A stretch of DNA of 64,000 nucleotides. It comes from a virus. Numbering within the stretch: position 1 is the first letter of the stretch; every line of letters begins with the position of its first letter. The stretch covers positions 128,001-192,000 of the IMG/VR virus record IMGVR_UViG_3300012642_000011; one strand, given 5' to 3'. The position numbers and the translations under genes were made by a program. Positions 15,917 through 25,485 of this stretch are shown in pieces. The notes under the pieces are model-generated. The model was given only the letters and a program-made list of their open reading frames with translations. It was not told the origin of the DNA and ran no database searches.

Positions 15917-17665
15917 ATGAAGCCCCAACTGTATGAGTATTTTTTAGATCATCCCGAAATGAAAGCAATGTGGTCACGTCGCAATAGTGACGAACTGTTG
16001 TCTAAAACGGCTGGAAGCAATGTGAAGGCACTATGGTCTTGCTCTACTTGTGGGCAAGAATCATTAATCCCTATTTACCGCAAGGTCAACAATCCTCTTA
16101 CATGTTCTACATGCAATGGGAGCAAGGTGGTTCAAGGGGTGAATGATTTGGAAACAATGTATCCCGAAATAGCGTCTGAATGGTCGTCGAGGAATGAGAA
16201 GAAACCTTCAGAAGTAAAATATAGTTCTGCAATCACTGCTGAATGGGATTGTAAAAATGGGCACTCTTTTACTATGTATCTTCCTGAAAGGACGAGATCG
16301 ACCAGGAAATCTCGGGGGTGCCCTGAGTGTAGAAGACAAGAAATCCAGGAAGACAAAGAGAATAACCCTAATAAGCGCTCTATTGCATCGGGAAATGGAT
16401 CAGCGGAGATGCAGCAGATGTTTGTGGAATCATTAGGAAAGATCAAATTTCCAGGAGCGAGGTCAGGCACACTTTGCTTATGGAGATGCTCGAAGGGGCA
16501 TGAATGGAGGCAAGTTCCTAAGAGATTTAATGGATGTGAAATCTGCGATCCGCCCCAGTATATTCTACCGCAGTCCAGGAACAAAAACATTTTAAAGGTA
16601 TCCAATTCGATCCTCCACACTCATCCTCATGCTATAGAATTATGGAATGATTCAAGAAGTCCAGAATCAGTAACTAAAGGATCATCCTATCGCGCTCAAT
16701 GGAAGTGTGCTAAAAACCATCAATGGGAACAATCTGTCTACACAGTGCTCCGGTCCCTCGACAAAGGTCACAAAGCATGCCCTCATTGCTCTTCCATGAT
16801 TTCTGCTGCTGAAAAGAAAATCTCTGAGATTGTAAAGGAGGCAATGAATCCATTGGGTTTAACTGTCCTCACTTCCCATCGTAAATTGATTCCTCCCTAT
16901 GAAGTAGACATTTATGTTCCTGAGAAGAAGATTGCTATTGAATACAATGGTCTCTACTGGCATAGTGATGCTAATCGAAAGGGTAAAGACAGGAATTATC
17001 ACTACAACAAGTGGAAGAAATGCAAAGATCAAGGTGTCCAATTGATCACCGTGTGGGAGGATGATTGGCGTGACCATGAGGACATTGTGACATCAATGTT
17101 GTTGACCAAGTTGGGTGTTTCTGATGCTCAGAAAGTCAATGCTCGTGATTGTGTGATCGTAGAATCTTCTTATACCGATTCTTCTGCATTTCTTGATGCT
17201 CACCATATTCAAGGTTCAGCAAGAGGGAGTTTCTATCTTTCCTTATTGCATGATGGTGTCATGGTGGCAACTTCGGTGTGGGTGAAGAGGGGGTCAGACC
17301 TTGTTCTTGAGCGCTACGCAACCTCTGTGAGCGTTCGTGGTGGCATGGGTAAACTGTTGAAGGCTGGGTGCATAGAAGGCCGTCAGAGGGGCGCACAGCG
17401 CGTTGTGACTTTTGCTGATCATGGTGTTTCTGATGGTGGATTGTATGAGCGCCTTGGTTTCGTTGCTGACAAGGTGTTGAAGCCTGATTATGCGTATGTT
17501 GTAGATGGTGATAGGAAGCATAAGTTCAATTACAGGTTGAAGAGGTTCAAGAATGATCCAGTATTGAGATATGTGGACGGTTTATCTGAATCCCAGTTGG
17601 CTGAGTTGAATGAGATTCCTCGTGTATGGGATTGTGGGAAGACGCGGTATGTGATGGGTCTTTGA
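15917..17665 (+). CDS. putative homing endonuclease: zinc-ribbon repeats (DUF4379-like) + DUF559/Vsr-like nuclease (paralog 2)
   Basis: track ORF 15821..17665 starts over the preceding tRNA; first ATG at 15917 (MKPQLYEYF); repeats GVNDLETMYPEIASEWSSRN...GCPEC; nuclease EVDIYVPEKKIAIEYNGLYWH; tail RVWDCGKTRY. Confidence 0.75.
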   Translation: MKPQLYEYFLDHPEMKAMWSRRNSDELLSKTAGSNVKALWSCSTCGQESLIPIYRKVNNPLTCSTCNGSKVVQGVNDLETMYPEIASEWSSRNEKKPSEVKYSSAITAEWDCKNGHSFTMYLPERTRSTRKSRGCPECRRQEIQEDKENNPNKRSIASGNGSAEMQQMFVESLGKIKFPGARSGTLCLWRCSKGHEWRQVPKRFNGCEICDPPQYILPQSRNKNILKVSNSILHTHPHAIELWNDSRSPESVTKGSSYRAQWKCAKNHQWEQSVYTVLRSLDKGHKACPHCSSMISAAEKKISEIVKEAMNPLGLTVLTSHRKLIPPYEVDIYVPEKKIAIEYNGLYWHSDANRKGKDRNYHYNKWKKCKDQGVQLITVWEDDWRDHEDIVTSMLLTKLGVSDAQKVNARDCVIVESSYTDSSAFLDAHHIQGSARGSFYLSLLHDGVMVATSVWVKRGSDLVLERYATSVSVRGGMGKLLKAGCIEGRQRGAQRVVTFADHGVSDGGLYERLGFVADKVLKPDYAYVVDGDRKHKFNYRLKRFKNDPVLRYVDGLSESQLAELNEIPRVWDCGKTRYVMGL

Positions 17666-17734
17666 TTGATTTTAATGATACCTCCTTCTATAGAGAATTC
17701 TTCATAATATTCTTGTTAAGAAGGAGGCATCATA

Positions 17735-18793
17735 ATGTCGGCTAAGTATGCTTTAAACACGGCAACAGGTGAAATCACGCTTTGTCGTAGCACTGGTCAA
17801 CGTCCTTGCCCACATGCCTCTGCAGATCATTACTCTTCGAAAGATGAAGCCCAGAATGCTTTTGAATCACTCATGAAAAAACAAGAAACGTTGTCATTGC
17901 AGAGAAAAAGCACAACATCACCATCTTATGACAATCTTCCATGGTTATCTCATGTAGGCGATCATTTTGATCAGATTGATGCTCACTATGAGATCACGGA
18001 TAGGTTTGAACACAATGGTCAAGGAATGGTTCTTCTACACAGTGACAAATCACCCTATAGCAATAGAGACATCTCGGCGTTCACAGAAGATGGCGCTGAA
18101 GTTAGCACCAGTGAAGTCAGGGATGAGGAAACAGGTGAGAGAATAGGGTTCTTGAAGACAGTCCAGTACTCTGATGCTGCTTTAGAAGCATCCTTTGGGA
18201 AAGAGGATGATTACATGACATATTTAAAATATGGTGAACGGTATCATTCTCTGTTCTATGATTTTGACGATGATCCAAAAGAGAGCATAGAGAACATGAA
18301 AAAATTGTGGAAGTCTGTGGCATCCTCTTCTGTCGTTAGATCCCATCCCCAGTACAGTGTCACATCTATGGGAATGAAACATAGACATGCAAATGGTAGA
18401 AGTCTTAATCCGCCTGAAAGCATGGAAGAGATAGAATCTGACCTTAAAGAGTCATCTAAATTCTTCCAAGAGGAATATATGAAACGATTTGATCCCTCCA
18501 CGAGATCATATGCTTTCATTGAATACTCCGAAATCAATGAAAGCCATAGAGGAACAGGGCTTGGCAAAAAGATGTACCTATCATCTGCGCGTGCTTTAGG
18601 AGCAAGGGGCCGTATTCTTGCGTCTTCAACCTTACAAACAGACAATGCTCAAGGTCTATGGAAATCATTGCTGAAAGACGACAATGACCACATTAGAATC
18701 CACTCCTATGACTATAAGGGAGAAAAGAAAAACAATTACTTGCTTGATTATAGAGATAAGAGTATTGATCAAGTCAAGGATGGTGAAGAATAA
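17735..18793 (+). CDS. N-module protein (shared Cys module) with possible GNAT-like C-terminus, paralog A
   Basis: 352-aa ORF, RBS aaggaggcatcataATG; N-term YALNTATGEITLCRSTGQRPCPHASADHYSSKDEAQNAFE; C-term HRGTGLGKKMY resembles acetyltransferase motif A. Confidence 0.7.
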   Translation: MSAKYALNTATGEITLCRSTGQRPCPHASADHYSSKDEAQNAFESLMKKQETLSLQRKSTTSPSYDNLPWLSHVGDHFDQIDAHYEITDRFEHNGQGMVLLHSDKSPYSNRDISAFTEDGAEVSTSEVRDEETGERIGFLKTVQYSDAALEASFGKEDDYMTYLKYGERYHSLFYDFDDDPKESIENMKKLWKSVASSSVVRSHPQYSVTSMGMKHRHANGRSLNPPESMEEIESDLKESSKFFQEEYMKRFDPSTRSYAFIEYSEINESHRGTGLGKKMYLSSARALGARGRILASSTLQTDNAQGLWKSLLKDDNDHIRIHSYDYKGEKKNNYLLDYRDKSIDQVKDGEE

Positions 18794-19821
18794 TGCCTCA
18801 ATACGCTTTGAACACGCAAACAGGTGAGATCACGCTTTGTCGTAGCACTGGTCAGCGTCCTTGTCCACATGCTGACAATGATCACTATGCATCCAAAGAT
18901 GATGCTCAGAAATCTTTTGAGAGCATGAATGAGAACAATCAGATTGCCACATTGTCCAAGGCAAAAAAGGCACCAGAGGAATCATCCCTGCCCTTTCCTT
19001 CATGGGCAGAAGAACACAAGAAAGCAGTGGAAGCAGTAGGCGGAGAGTACAGTATTGTCAATAGGATCATACATCAAGGGAAGCCTATGGTCATCACACA
19101 TTCTACATTGTCTTCTCGTGATCACGATAAATTCGTCCAAGAGAAAAGCGGAATGAACATCTCAGAGACGATTGTTCATGATGAGGAAACAGGAGAAAAG
19201 ATTGGTTTCATCAATGTATGCTTTGTCAATGATGAGTCAGTGAGAAGATGCTTTGGTGATGAAGATGACTACATGACTCCTATCAGGTATGCCAAAAGGT
19301 ACATATCTTCAATTCAAGGCGCGAAGATGAAGGTCAATGAAGACCCTCGTGGCAATGATAAAAAGATGAGGGAATTGTGGCTTGATGTGATGAATGTTGA
19401 TTCATCTCATATAAGGGATTTCAAAGTTCCCTCTGGTGCCAAGATGAGCGGATGGTCATGGACAGCAGATGATGTTCCTGAAGACCCTAAGGCAGTAGAA
19501 AAGGATATCGAGTCACTATCTGGTCAATTCAAGGAACAACTCAGAGAGTTCAAGAGATCTTTTAGCGTTCCTTTTGTTGAATTTGCTGAAATAGAAGATG
19601 AGTACAAGGGAACAGGTTTAGGCAAGAAGATGTATGTGGAAGCAGCCAAGGCAATGGGAAAGCGTGGTATGGTAATCAGATCATCAGCAATTCAATCTGA
19701 AGATGCAGAAAGGCTATGGTCATCATTACGTAAAGATGAGAATATTGTTGTCAAAGAAGGTAATCTAGCCGTCAAGGGAGACACATACGATTACCTCTAT
19801 CTTGACTACAGGGATCAATGA
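18793..19821 (+). CDS. N-module protein, paralog B of 17735..18793
   Basis: 342-aa ORF; start overlaps upstream stop (ATAATG); N-term YALNTQTGEITLCRSTGQRPCPHADNDHYASKDDAQKSFE; C-term KGTGLGKKMY. Confidence 0.7.
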   Translation: MPQYALNTQTGEITLCRSTGQRPCPHADNDHYASKDDAQKSFESMNENNQIATLSKAKKAPEESSLPFPSWAEEHKKAVEAVGGEYSIVNRIIHQGKPMVITHSTLSSRDHDKFVQEKSGMNISETIVHDEETGEKIGFINVCFVNDESVRRCFGDEDDYMTPIRYAKRYISSIQGAKMKVNEDPRGNDKKMRELWLDVMNVDSSHIRDFKVPSGAKMSGWSWTADDVPEDPKAVEKDIESLSGQFKEQLREFKRSFSVPFVEFAEIEDEYKGTGLGKKMYVEAAKAMGKRGMVIRSSAIQSEDAERLWSSLRKDENIVVKEGNLAVKGDTYDYLYLDYRDQ

Positions 19822-20008
19822 TACTAAGATTTGGCCTGCCCTTATGATAGTTGAAACGGGTATCAGTGCGTACATTCGTCCACATTGGTGATCGATACTG
19901 AATTTTCTTCTGATCGATTTGCATACAAGATCATCATATGCTATACTATGAAGAGTTGATCAGGAGATCACACAAGATAAAAATTGAAAACTAAAGAGCA
20001 ATCTGAAG

Positions 20009-20037
20009 TTGACAACGAAGAATCCATGTGATAGAAT
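20009..20037 (+). promoter_or_regulatory. sigma70-type promoter (TTGACA-17-TAGAAT)
   Basis: ttgaca 20009-20014, tagaat 20032-20037; one of three tandem promoters upstream of tRNA-Gln. Confidence 0.45.
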
Positions 20038-20102
20038 GATGGACATCAAGTGGTTACGAGAGTGATCACGAGAACAACAGAAAAACATGCAGGGATTAGA
20101 AC

Positions 20103-20131
20103 TTGACAAGAGAGCAAGTACCTGATATACT
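20103..20131 (+). promoter_or_regulatory. sigma70-type promoter (TTGACA-17-TATACT)
   Basis: ttgaca 20103-20108, tatact 20126-20131, about 20 nt before tRNA-Gln(UUG). Confidence 0.5.
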
Positions 20132-20150
20132 GGATGTAGCAATTGAATAT

Positions 20151-20221
20151 TGGGCCATGGTGTAATGGCAGCACGGGGGTCTTTGGAACCTTCGGTCCCG
20201 GTTCGAATCCGTGTGGCCCAG
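20151..20221 (+). tRNA. tRNA-Gln (anticodon UUG)
   Basis: acceptor tgggcca/tggccca with U1-A72 as in bacterial tRNA-Gln; anticodon stem ggggt/acctt (two G:U) loop ctTTGga; T-arm cccgg-ttcgaat-ccgtg. Confidence 0.7.
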
Positions 20222-20408
20222 CGAGATCGGAAGTGAGAGATATGAGTTTCTTCAAAAAGAAAAATCGATACATCTGTCACTTTTGTGATCAACTTGTTGA
20301 CTTAGATCGTATGCGTATGCATCAGTTAGGACATGATCTAAGCGAGGAGAGAAGGTACATCGTATTTCCTCGGCATACAAGAACAAAACAATAGAATAGT
20401 GTACTCAT

Positions 20409-20480
20409 TGGGATATAGTTTAATGGCAAAACGTTCGGCTCTGACCCGAGTAATCTTGGTTCGAATCCAGGTATCCCAGC
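20409..20480 (+). tRNA. tRNA-Gln (anticodon CUG)
   Basis: acceptor tgggata/tatccca (U1-A72); anticodon stem ttcgg/ccgag loop ctCTGac; T-arm cttgg-ttcgaat-ccagg. Confidence 0.75.
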
Positions 20481-20593
20481 GATAGCGACAATCAAGCCTC
20501 TTCCGTCAGGAATGCTCAAATGCATTGGAGTCACTGAGAAGAGAAGACGTTCTTTGATCACACTTGTCCTCTTATGAGGATTCGCTTATTTAA

Positions 20594-20667
20594 CGGGATG
20601 TAGCTCAGTTTGGTAGAGCGCTTGTCTGGGGGACAAGTGGCCGCTGGTTCAAATCCAGTCATTCCGA
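20594..20667 (+). tRNA. tRNA-Pro (anticodon GGG)
   Basis: acceptor cgggatg/cattccg (G:U); D-arm gctcagtttggtagagc; anticodon stem cttgt/acaag loop ctGGGgg; T-arm gctgg-ttcaaat-ccagt. Confidence 0.75.
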
Positions 20668-20737
20668 CAGATTTTTGTTATAATACATCAGTAGAGTAAA
20701 CGCTGACAACAGTATTATAACCATAGGACAGATCATT

Positions 20738-22675
20738 ATGAAACTCTGTGATAAGTATCCCCAGCTTAAAAATAAGTATTCACAACTTAATAATACTATT
20801 TTTGAGGAAAAAGAGTATCGATACGATGAGTATCTTTTTTGGGATTGTCCTCAAGGGCATCATATTTATAAGCCTGCTAGAGAAATCAATAGATATCAAA
20901 ATTGCAATTCCTGTGAAAACATCAAAAAGACTGGGATTGAGTTCTTTGAAAGCTTGGAATACCTCTATCCCTCTATCGTAGAAAAATATAGTGTCAAAAA
21001 TATTCTTTCTGCAAACAGTGTTCGACCAGACTCACTTTTTAATGCAATCTGGGAAGATCGAGATGAGAAAATAAAAATATACGATAGGGTTCTGGAAGAA
21101 ATATCTTCAGGAAATGTGAAAAGAAATCATGTAACGAAGAGAAACGTAAAAAATAGAAAAAAGAAAGACAATGTTTCTGCGGAAAGTATATCCAAGCCGC
21201 AAGAAAAAGAGGATTCACCTCTTTTAAAAGATGCCTACCCAGACCTTTATGAAATGCGATTAAACGATTGTGAAGATCTTAATATTTGGTCTAATAAAAA
21301 ACTTTTGTGGAAGTGCGACAAAGGGCATGAGTTCACTTCAAGTATACGAAACCTCATTAAAAGATCAACTAAGTGCAATGTCTGTAGTGGAGTTGCCTTG
21401 CAAAAGGGAGTCAATGATATTTCGACCCTGGCTCCTGACCTTGCCTCATGCATTGTATCTCCTGACCCTTCAGAAATTACATTAGCATATAATAAACCTA
21501 TCACTTTTAAATGTTTCACTTGCATGCATCAGTGGGTTTCAAATTTGGATAAAAGAAAAGACAGATCTTTAAGATGTCCTGGATGCAGCGGAAAAACTGT
21601 AATTCATGGATTCAATGACATTGAAACTATTATGCCGCACATCAAAAATTCATGGGCAAAGAATAATAAATACATGCCTTCTGAAATGACAACAAAAAGC
21701 GAAAAAGAAGTATACCTTTATTGTTCGAATGGAATATCGCATGATCTGGTTAAGACTTATGCATATGTAATTTCTCGAACACCTAATAGGAGAACTTATT
21801 TATGTAATCACTGTTCTGGATCTGCTGGTGAAATCGATATGGCAAATTTCATTGCTTCGCTCGGATTTACCACAATCAGAAAAGACAGGAAAATTATAAG
21901 GCCAAAAGAACTGGATGTATATCTTCCTGATCTCAAGGTGGCTTTTGAATACAATGGTCTCTATTGGCATTCAGATAAGGCAGGCAAATCCGACACCTAC
22001 CATTACGACAAGTGGAAGCGCTGTGCTGACAAGGGTATCCAGTTGATCTCTATCTGGGAGGATGATTGGAACTATCGTGAGGACATTGTCAAGAGGATGA
22101 TTGCTCACAAGTTGGGCGTCAGCAATGATCGCAAAGTCTACGCTCGGCAAACCGATGTCGTCATTGTAGACAAGGATGATGCCCGAGCGTTCTGCAATGC
22201 CCACCACATTCAAGGCTATGTATCTGGTAGCGTCTACTATGGTCTCAAAGATCGCAGGACGGATTCTTTGGTGGCTGTGAGCGTCTGGAAGCGTTCAGGT
22301 GACCAATTGCGCCTTGAGAGGTATTGCACGTCTGAGAACGTGATTGGTGGCATGGGAAAGATGTTGAAAGCGGGAGTCCAGTATGCCAAGGACAATGGGT
22401 TGAGCAAGATCGTCACTTTCTCTGATCATGATGTCTCTGATGGTGGACTGTATCGAAGACTTGGATTCATTCCTGACAAGGAGTTGAAGCCTGATTACAA
22501 GTATATCGTCGGCGGTACCAGGGTTCATAAATTCAACTATCGCATCAAGAGGTTCAGGGATGATCCGAACTTGAAGTATGCTGATGGTCTCACTGAATCC
22601 GAGTTGGCGCAGTTGAACAGTCTTCCTCGTGTTTACGATGCCGGCAAGACGCGTTGGGCGATCAATGTATCCTAA
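20738..22675 (+). CDS. putative homing endonuclease: zinc-ribbon repeats + DUF559/Vsr-like nuclease (paralog 3)
   Basis: 645-aa ORF; repeats LQKGVNDISTLAPDLAS..., HGFNDIETIMPHIKNSWAKNN...; nuclease ELDVYLPDLKVAFEYNGLYWH; tail RVYDAGKTRW. Confidence 0.75.
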   Translation: MKLCDKYPQLKNKYSQLNNTIFEEKEYRYDEYLFWDCPQGHHIYKPAREINRYQNCNSCENIKKTGIEFFESLEYLYPSIVEKYSVKNILSANSVRPDSLFNAIWEDRDEKIKIYDRVLEEISSGNVKRNHVTKRNVKNRKKKDNVSAESISKPQEKEDSPLLKDAYPDLYEMRLNDCEDLNIWSNKKLLWKCDKGHEFTSSIRNLIKRSTKCNVCSGVALQKGVNDISTLAPDLASCIVSPDPSEITLAYNKPITFKCFTCMHQWVSNLDKRKDRSLRCPGCSGKTVIHGFNDIETIMPHIKNSWAKNNKYMPSEMTTKSEKEVYLYCSNGISHDLVKTYAYVISRTPNRRTYLCNHCSGSAGEIDMANFIASLGFTTIRKDRKIIRPKELDVYLPDLKVAFEYNGLYWHSDKAGKSDTYHYDKWKRCADKGIQLISIWEDDWNYREDIVKRMIAHKLGVSNDRKVYARQTDVVIVDKDDARAFCNAHHIQGYVSGSVYYGLKDRRTDSLVAVSVWKRSGDQLRLERYCTSENVIGGMGKMLKAGVQYAKDNGLSKIVTFSDHDVSDGGLYRRLGFIPDKELKPDYKYIVGGTRVHKFNYRIKRFRDDPNLKYADGLTESELAQLNSLPRVYDAGKTRWAINVS

Positions 22676-22745
22676 GTCATATTGATTTTCTCTTTCTCTT
22701 ATGTTAGAGTAAGAATGTCAAGATCAAAAGACAAGGAGAAATGAT

Positions 22746-22889
22746 ATGGGTTATCTTTCAGATTACTACGCAGCAAAAGACGCCGAGAACGAGCGCGGAG
22801 AGGTTGACTGGTCTCAGGTTCCCGCTCGCAATGGTGGATACTTGATCACGGACCATCCTGAAGATACCGAGTGGTGGAATGGTGAAGAC
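22746..22889 (+). CDS. small hypothetical protein (47 aa, MGYLSDYYAAKDAENERGEVDW...)
   Basis: not in track (<60 aa); RBS acaaggagaaatgatATG; plausible but unsupported by homology. Confidence 0.3.
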
Positions 22890-22968
22890 TGATTTTTAAG
22901 CAATATGGCATTTTTGCTTATGTTTTCCATCACGTTTCAGAACTACTCTTTTGATAGAATAGAAGAGA

Positions 22969-23310
22969 ATGAAATCAAAGAAAGGTATCAATGTGAGCAA
23001 TCAAGATTTTCTTCGCATGAACAAGGATGATGCTATCAAGTCATTGATCCATAGTGATAACCTGGAAGAGAGAGTTTTCAATGCTCTTGACTATGCGTAC
23101 TGTTACTCAGGGATTGATGGAGGACATCATAAGGAATGGGTTATCGATACGATGGTCAAATCTCTTTTGGGAGAGGATGCTTACAAAAAACTCGTTGAGC
23201 ATTATGAAGTTCCTAGAGACAAAGATGACAACATGGTTTCTGAAGGTGACGACGCCTACGACAGTGGTGACTATTACGAATGCGAATGGGGTAAAGGCAT
23301 TGCTCCGTGA
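22969..23310 (+). CDS. hypothetical protein (113 aa)
   Basis: track ORF; no recognisable motif. Confidence 0.5.
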   Translation: MKSKKGINVSNQDFLRMNKDDAIKSLIHSDNLEERVFNALDYAYCYSGIDGGHHKEWVIDTMVKSLLGEDAYKKLVEHYEVPRDKDDNMVSEGDDAYDSGDYYECEWGKGIAP

Positions 23311-23497
23311 GCGATCAAGGTCTGACACATAATCTTACACAAGAGAACACACTTGTCGCCTGAGAAAAACTCAAATGTTAATACTCATGATGAAATGATT
23401 GAATATCCCTAAAAACGATAGTGATCAATTCAATCCTCTATAAACATGTTAGAAAAGTGTTCATACATGTTTTCAAACAATACTATAGAGGTACATC

Positions 23498-25360
23498 ATG
23501 AGTAAGATGCATATTTCAGAAGATGGCAACGCAAGGCCATGTCATGCTTCAACCCCAGAGAAATGTACGTTAAAACCAAACCCAAATGACATCTACGGTA
23601 TCACAGGCAGGCACTTCGATTCTCAAGAAGAAGTAGAGAAGTTCTATGAGAGTATCCATAATGGTGGACTTGCATCCTTGAATAAGGAAAAAGAAAAGAA
23701 AGATCATATTCACCAATCAGACTCTCATGGAACATCTTCTCATCAACAAGAAACGTCAGACAACAGTGCTACAAGTCAGGACGACGATTCAGAAGAAAAT
23801 CATGCTTTCAATCCTACATATACCATTAACCCAGATGATTTAGACAAATTCAAGAAGAAGATTGACAAGGCCAACCAAAGGCTCAAGGACAATGGTATCG
23901 ATGACGAATTCACATATGATGTTGAGTATGAGGAAAGAAAGAAGAAAATTGGTCCAAACCTCTATGCTTATGAGCAATTTGCCAAAGTTACACTGAATAA
24001 ACCTGTCATCAAGCAAGAAGGATACACCTTTGAAGCGTCCGTGACCCAAGAAGAGGGCGGTATGCTGGTCAGGGGAACAAGAGAATCAGACCTTGAGGGC
24101 TGGCGTCCTTCTGACATGAGTTGTGAACACTGTGGTCAGAACAGGGACAGAAAGAAGGTCTATATCCTCAAAGATGAGGAAGGTAAAAAACATCAGGTAG
24201 GTTCCTCTTGTGTATCTGATTACTTGGGCGTCAAGCCTGAAGGATTGTGGGCACTTGATGTAGACCACGAAACATTTGCCCCCAGTGACAAAACACCTAG
24301 GTTCAAACCTATGTATGAACCTAAAACTCTTGCTGCTGTAGCAATGGCATTGAGTGATAGTGGAGAGAATTATATTGGTTCACAATCTCAAGGGGTTTCC
24401 ACTGCTTCTGAAGTCGATGCTTACTTCAATCCTCCTTCTCCTCAAGGAAGAGGCTACGAGGCTAGACGAAAAGCCCAAGAAGAAAACGAGAGACGAGCAC
24501 AAAAGGTAGAAAAATACTTGGCTGATCCTGAGAACACTAAGAAAATAGATGATGCCATGAATGCTGTAAAAAACATGAATAGGGGTGACTATGCTGAAAA
24601 CATGAAGACCATTTTTAATTCTTCTAAAGTCAGTGGAAAGTCCTTCAACTATGCCGTTTCTGCAGCAGCTGTTTACAATAGGGCGCAAAGAGATGCCCAA
24701 AGGACGCAACAGTGGGCAGAGGAGAAGAAATCAAGAGAAGAGAAGAGGGCACAAGAAGTAAAACAGTACGCCACTGGCTATTTAGGTAATGAAGGTGATT
24801 CTGTCAAAGGAACTTCAGCTACTTTTGTAGGCATGAGGAATACAAGCATGACAGATATGCGTGGTAACCCTGTGAAAGCAATCACGATGAAGAGCGCAGA
24901 TAATAAACAGGTGGTCTGGTTCACTGCTACTCCTGATAATGATTTTAAAGAAGGCGATGAGATTGAGATCACAGCGGGCAGTGTCAAGAGGCAGGGGCAT
25001 TACAACGGCATTGACCAAACTATCATCACCAGAGCAAAGATTACTGATAAGCATACATTGAACACATCTAATAATGTTCGTGAAGCAATGAAGAAGTCTA
25101 GGTTGACGAAGAACTTCAAAAATGGTCGTGGACAGAATGACAAGGATTACGTCATCACTCCTGCAAGTACTGAAGATGGATATGCAATGAGTTTCTCAAA
25201 GAACAAGGAGACTGGCGAATTCTCTATTCTCAAGTACCACATTCATGATAAGTTTGATAATGGATTAGTATTCAAAGGCAGCGAATCAGATGGCTATGAT
25301 TTCATGAAAAATGCTATCAAAAACAACGAATCAGTGTCTAACATGAAATCTATTGATTGA
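23498..25360 (+). CDS. N-module protein, 620 aa, C-terminal part unassigned (contains CEHCGQ...CVSDY zinc-ribbon-like segment)
   Basis: track ORF; N-term MSKMHISEDGNARPCHASTPEKCTLK...HFDSQEEVEKFYE fits the shared module. Confidence 0.7.
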   Translation: MSKMHISEDGNARPCHASTPEKCTLKPNPNDIYGITGRHFDSQEEVEKFYESIHNGGLASLNKEKEKKDHIHQSDSHGTSSHQQETSDNSATSQDDDSEENHAFNPTYTINPDDLDKFKKKIDKANQRLKDNGIDDEFTYDVEYEERKKKIGPNLYAYEQFAKVTLNKPVIKQEGYTFEASVTQEEGGMLVRGTRESDLEGWRPSDMSCEHCGQNRDRKKVYILKDEEGKKHQVGSSCVSDYLGVKPEGLWALDVDHETFAPSDKTPRFKPMYEPKTLAAVAMALSDSGENYIGSQSQGVSTASEVDAYFNPPSPQGRGYEARRKAQEENERRAQKVEKYLADPENTKKIDDAMNAVKNMNRGDYAENMKTIFNSSKVSGKSFNYAVSAAAVYNRAQRDAQRTQQWAEEKKSREEKRAQEVKQYATGYLGNEGDSVKGTSATFVGMRNTSMTDMRGNPVKAITMKSADNKQVVWFTATPDNDFKEGDEIEITAGSVKRQGHYNGIDQTIITRAKITDKHTLNTSNNVREAMKKSRLTKNFKNGRGQNDKDYVITPASTEDGYAMSFSKNKETGEFSILKYHIHDKFDNGLVFKGSESDGYDFMKNAIKNNESVSNMKSID

Positions 25361-25386
25361 TCCATATATCTGTTTTAAAAATAAAC

Positions 25387-25427
25387 ACCTTTCTTTTAGA
25401 AGATTAGTTCTACAACAAAAGAAAGGT
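25387..25427. terminator. bidirectional terminator between convergent genes
   Basis: inverted repeat acctttctttt-N19-aaaagaaaggt; near-identical motif recurs at 30902-30942. Confidence 0.55.
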
Positions 25428-25485
25428 ATTTATAAAAGGTGAGTAAATCGTAGAGAATGAAAACCTCGACGTAGTTCACTTAGGA

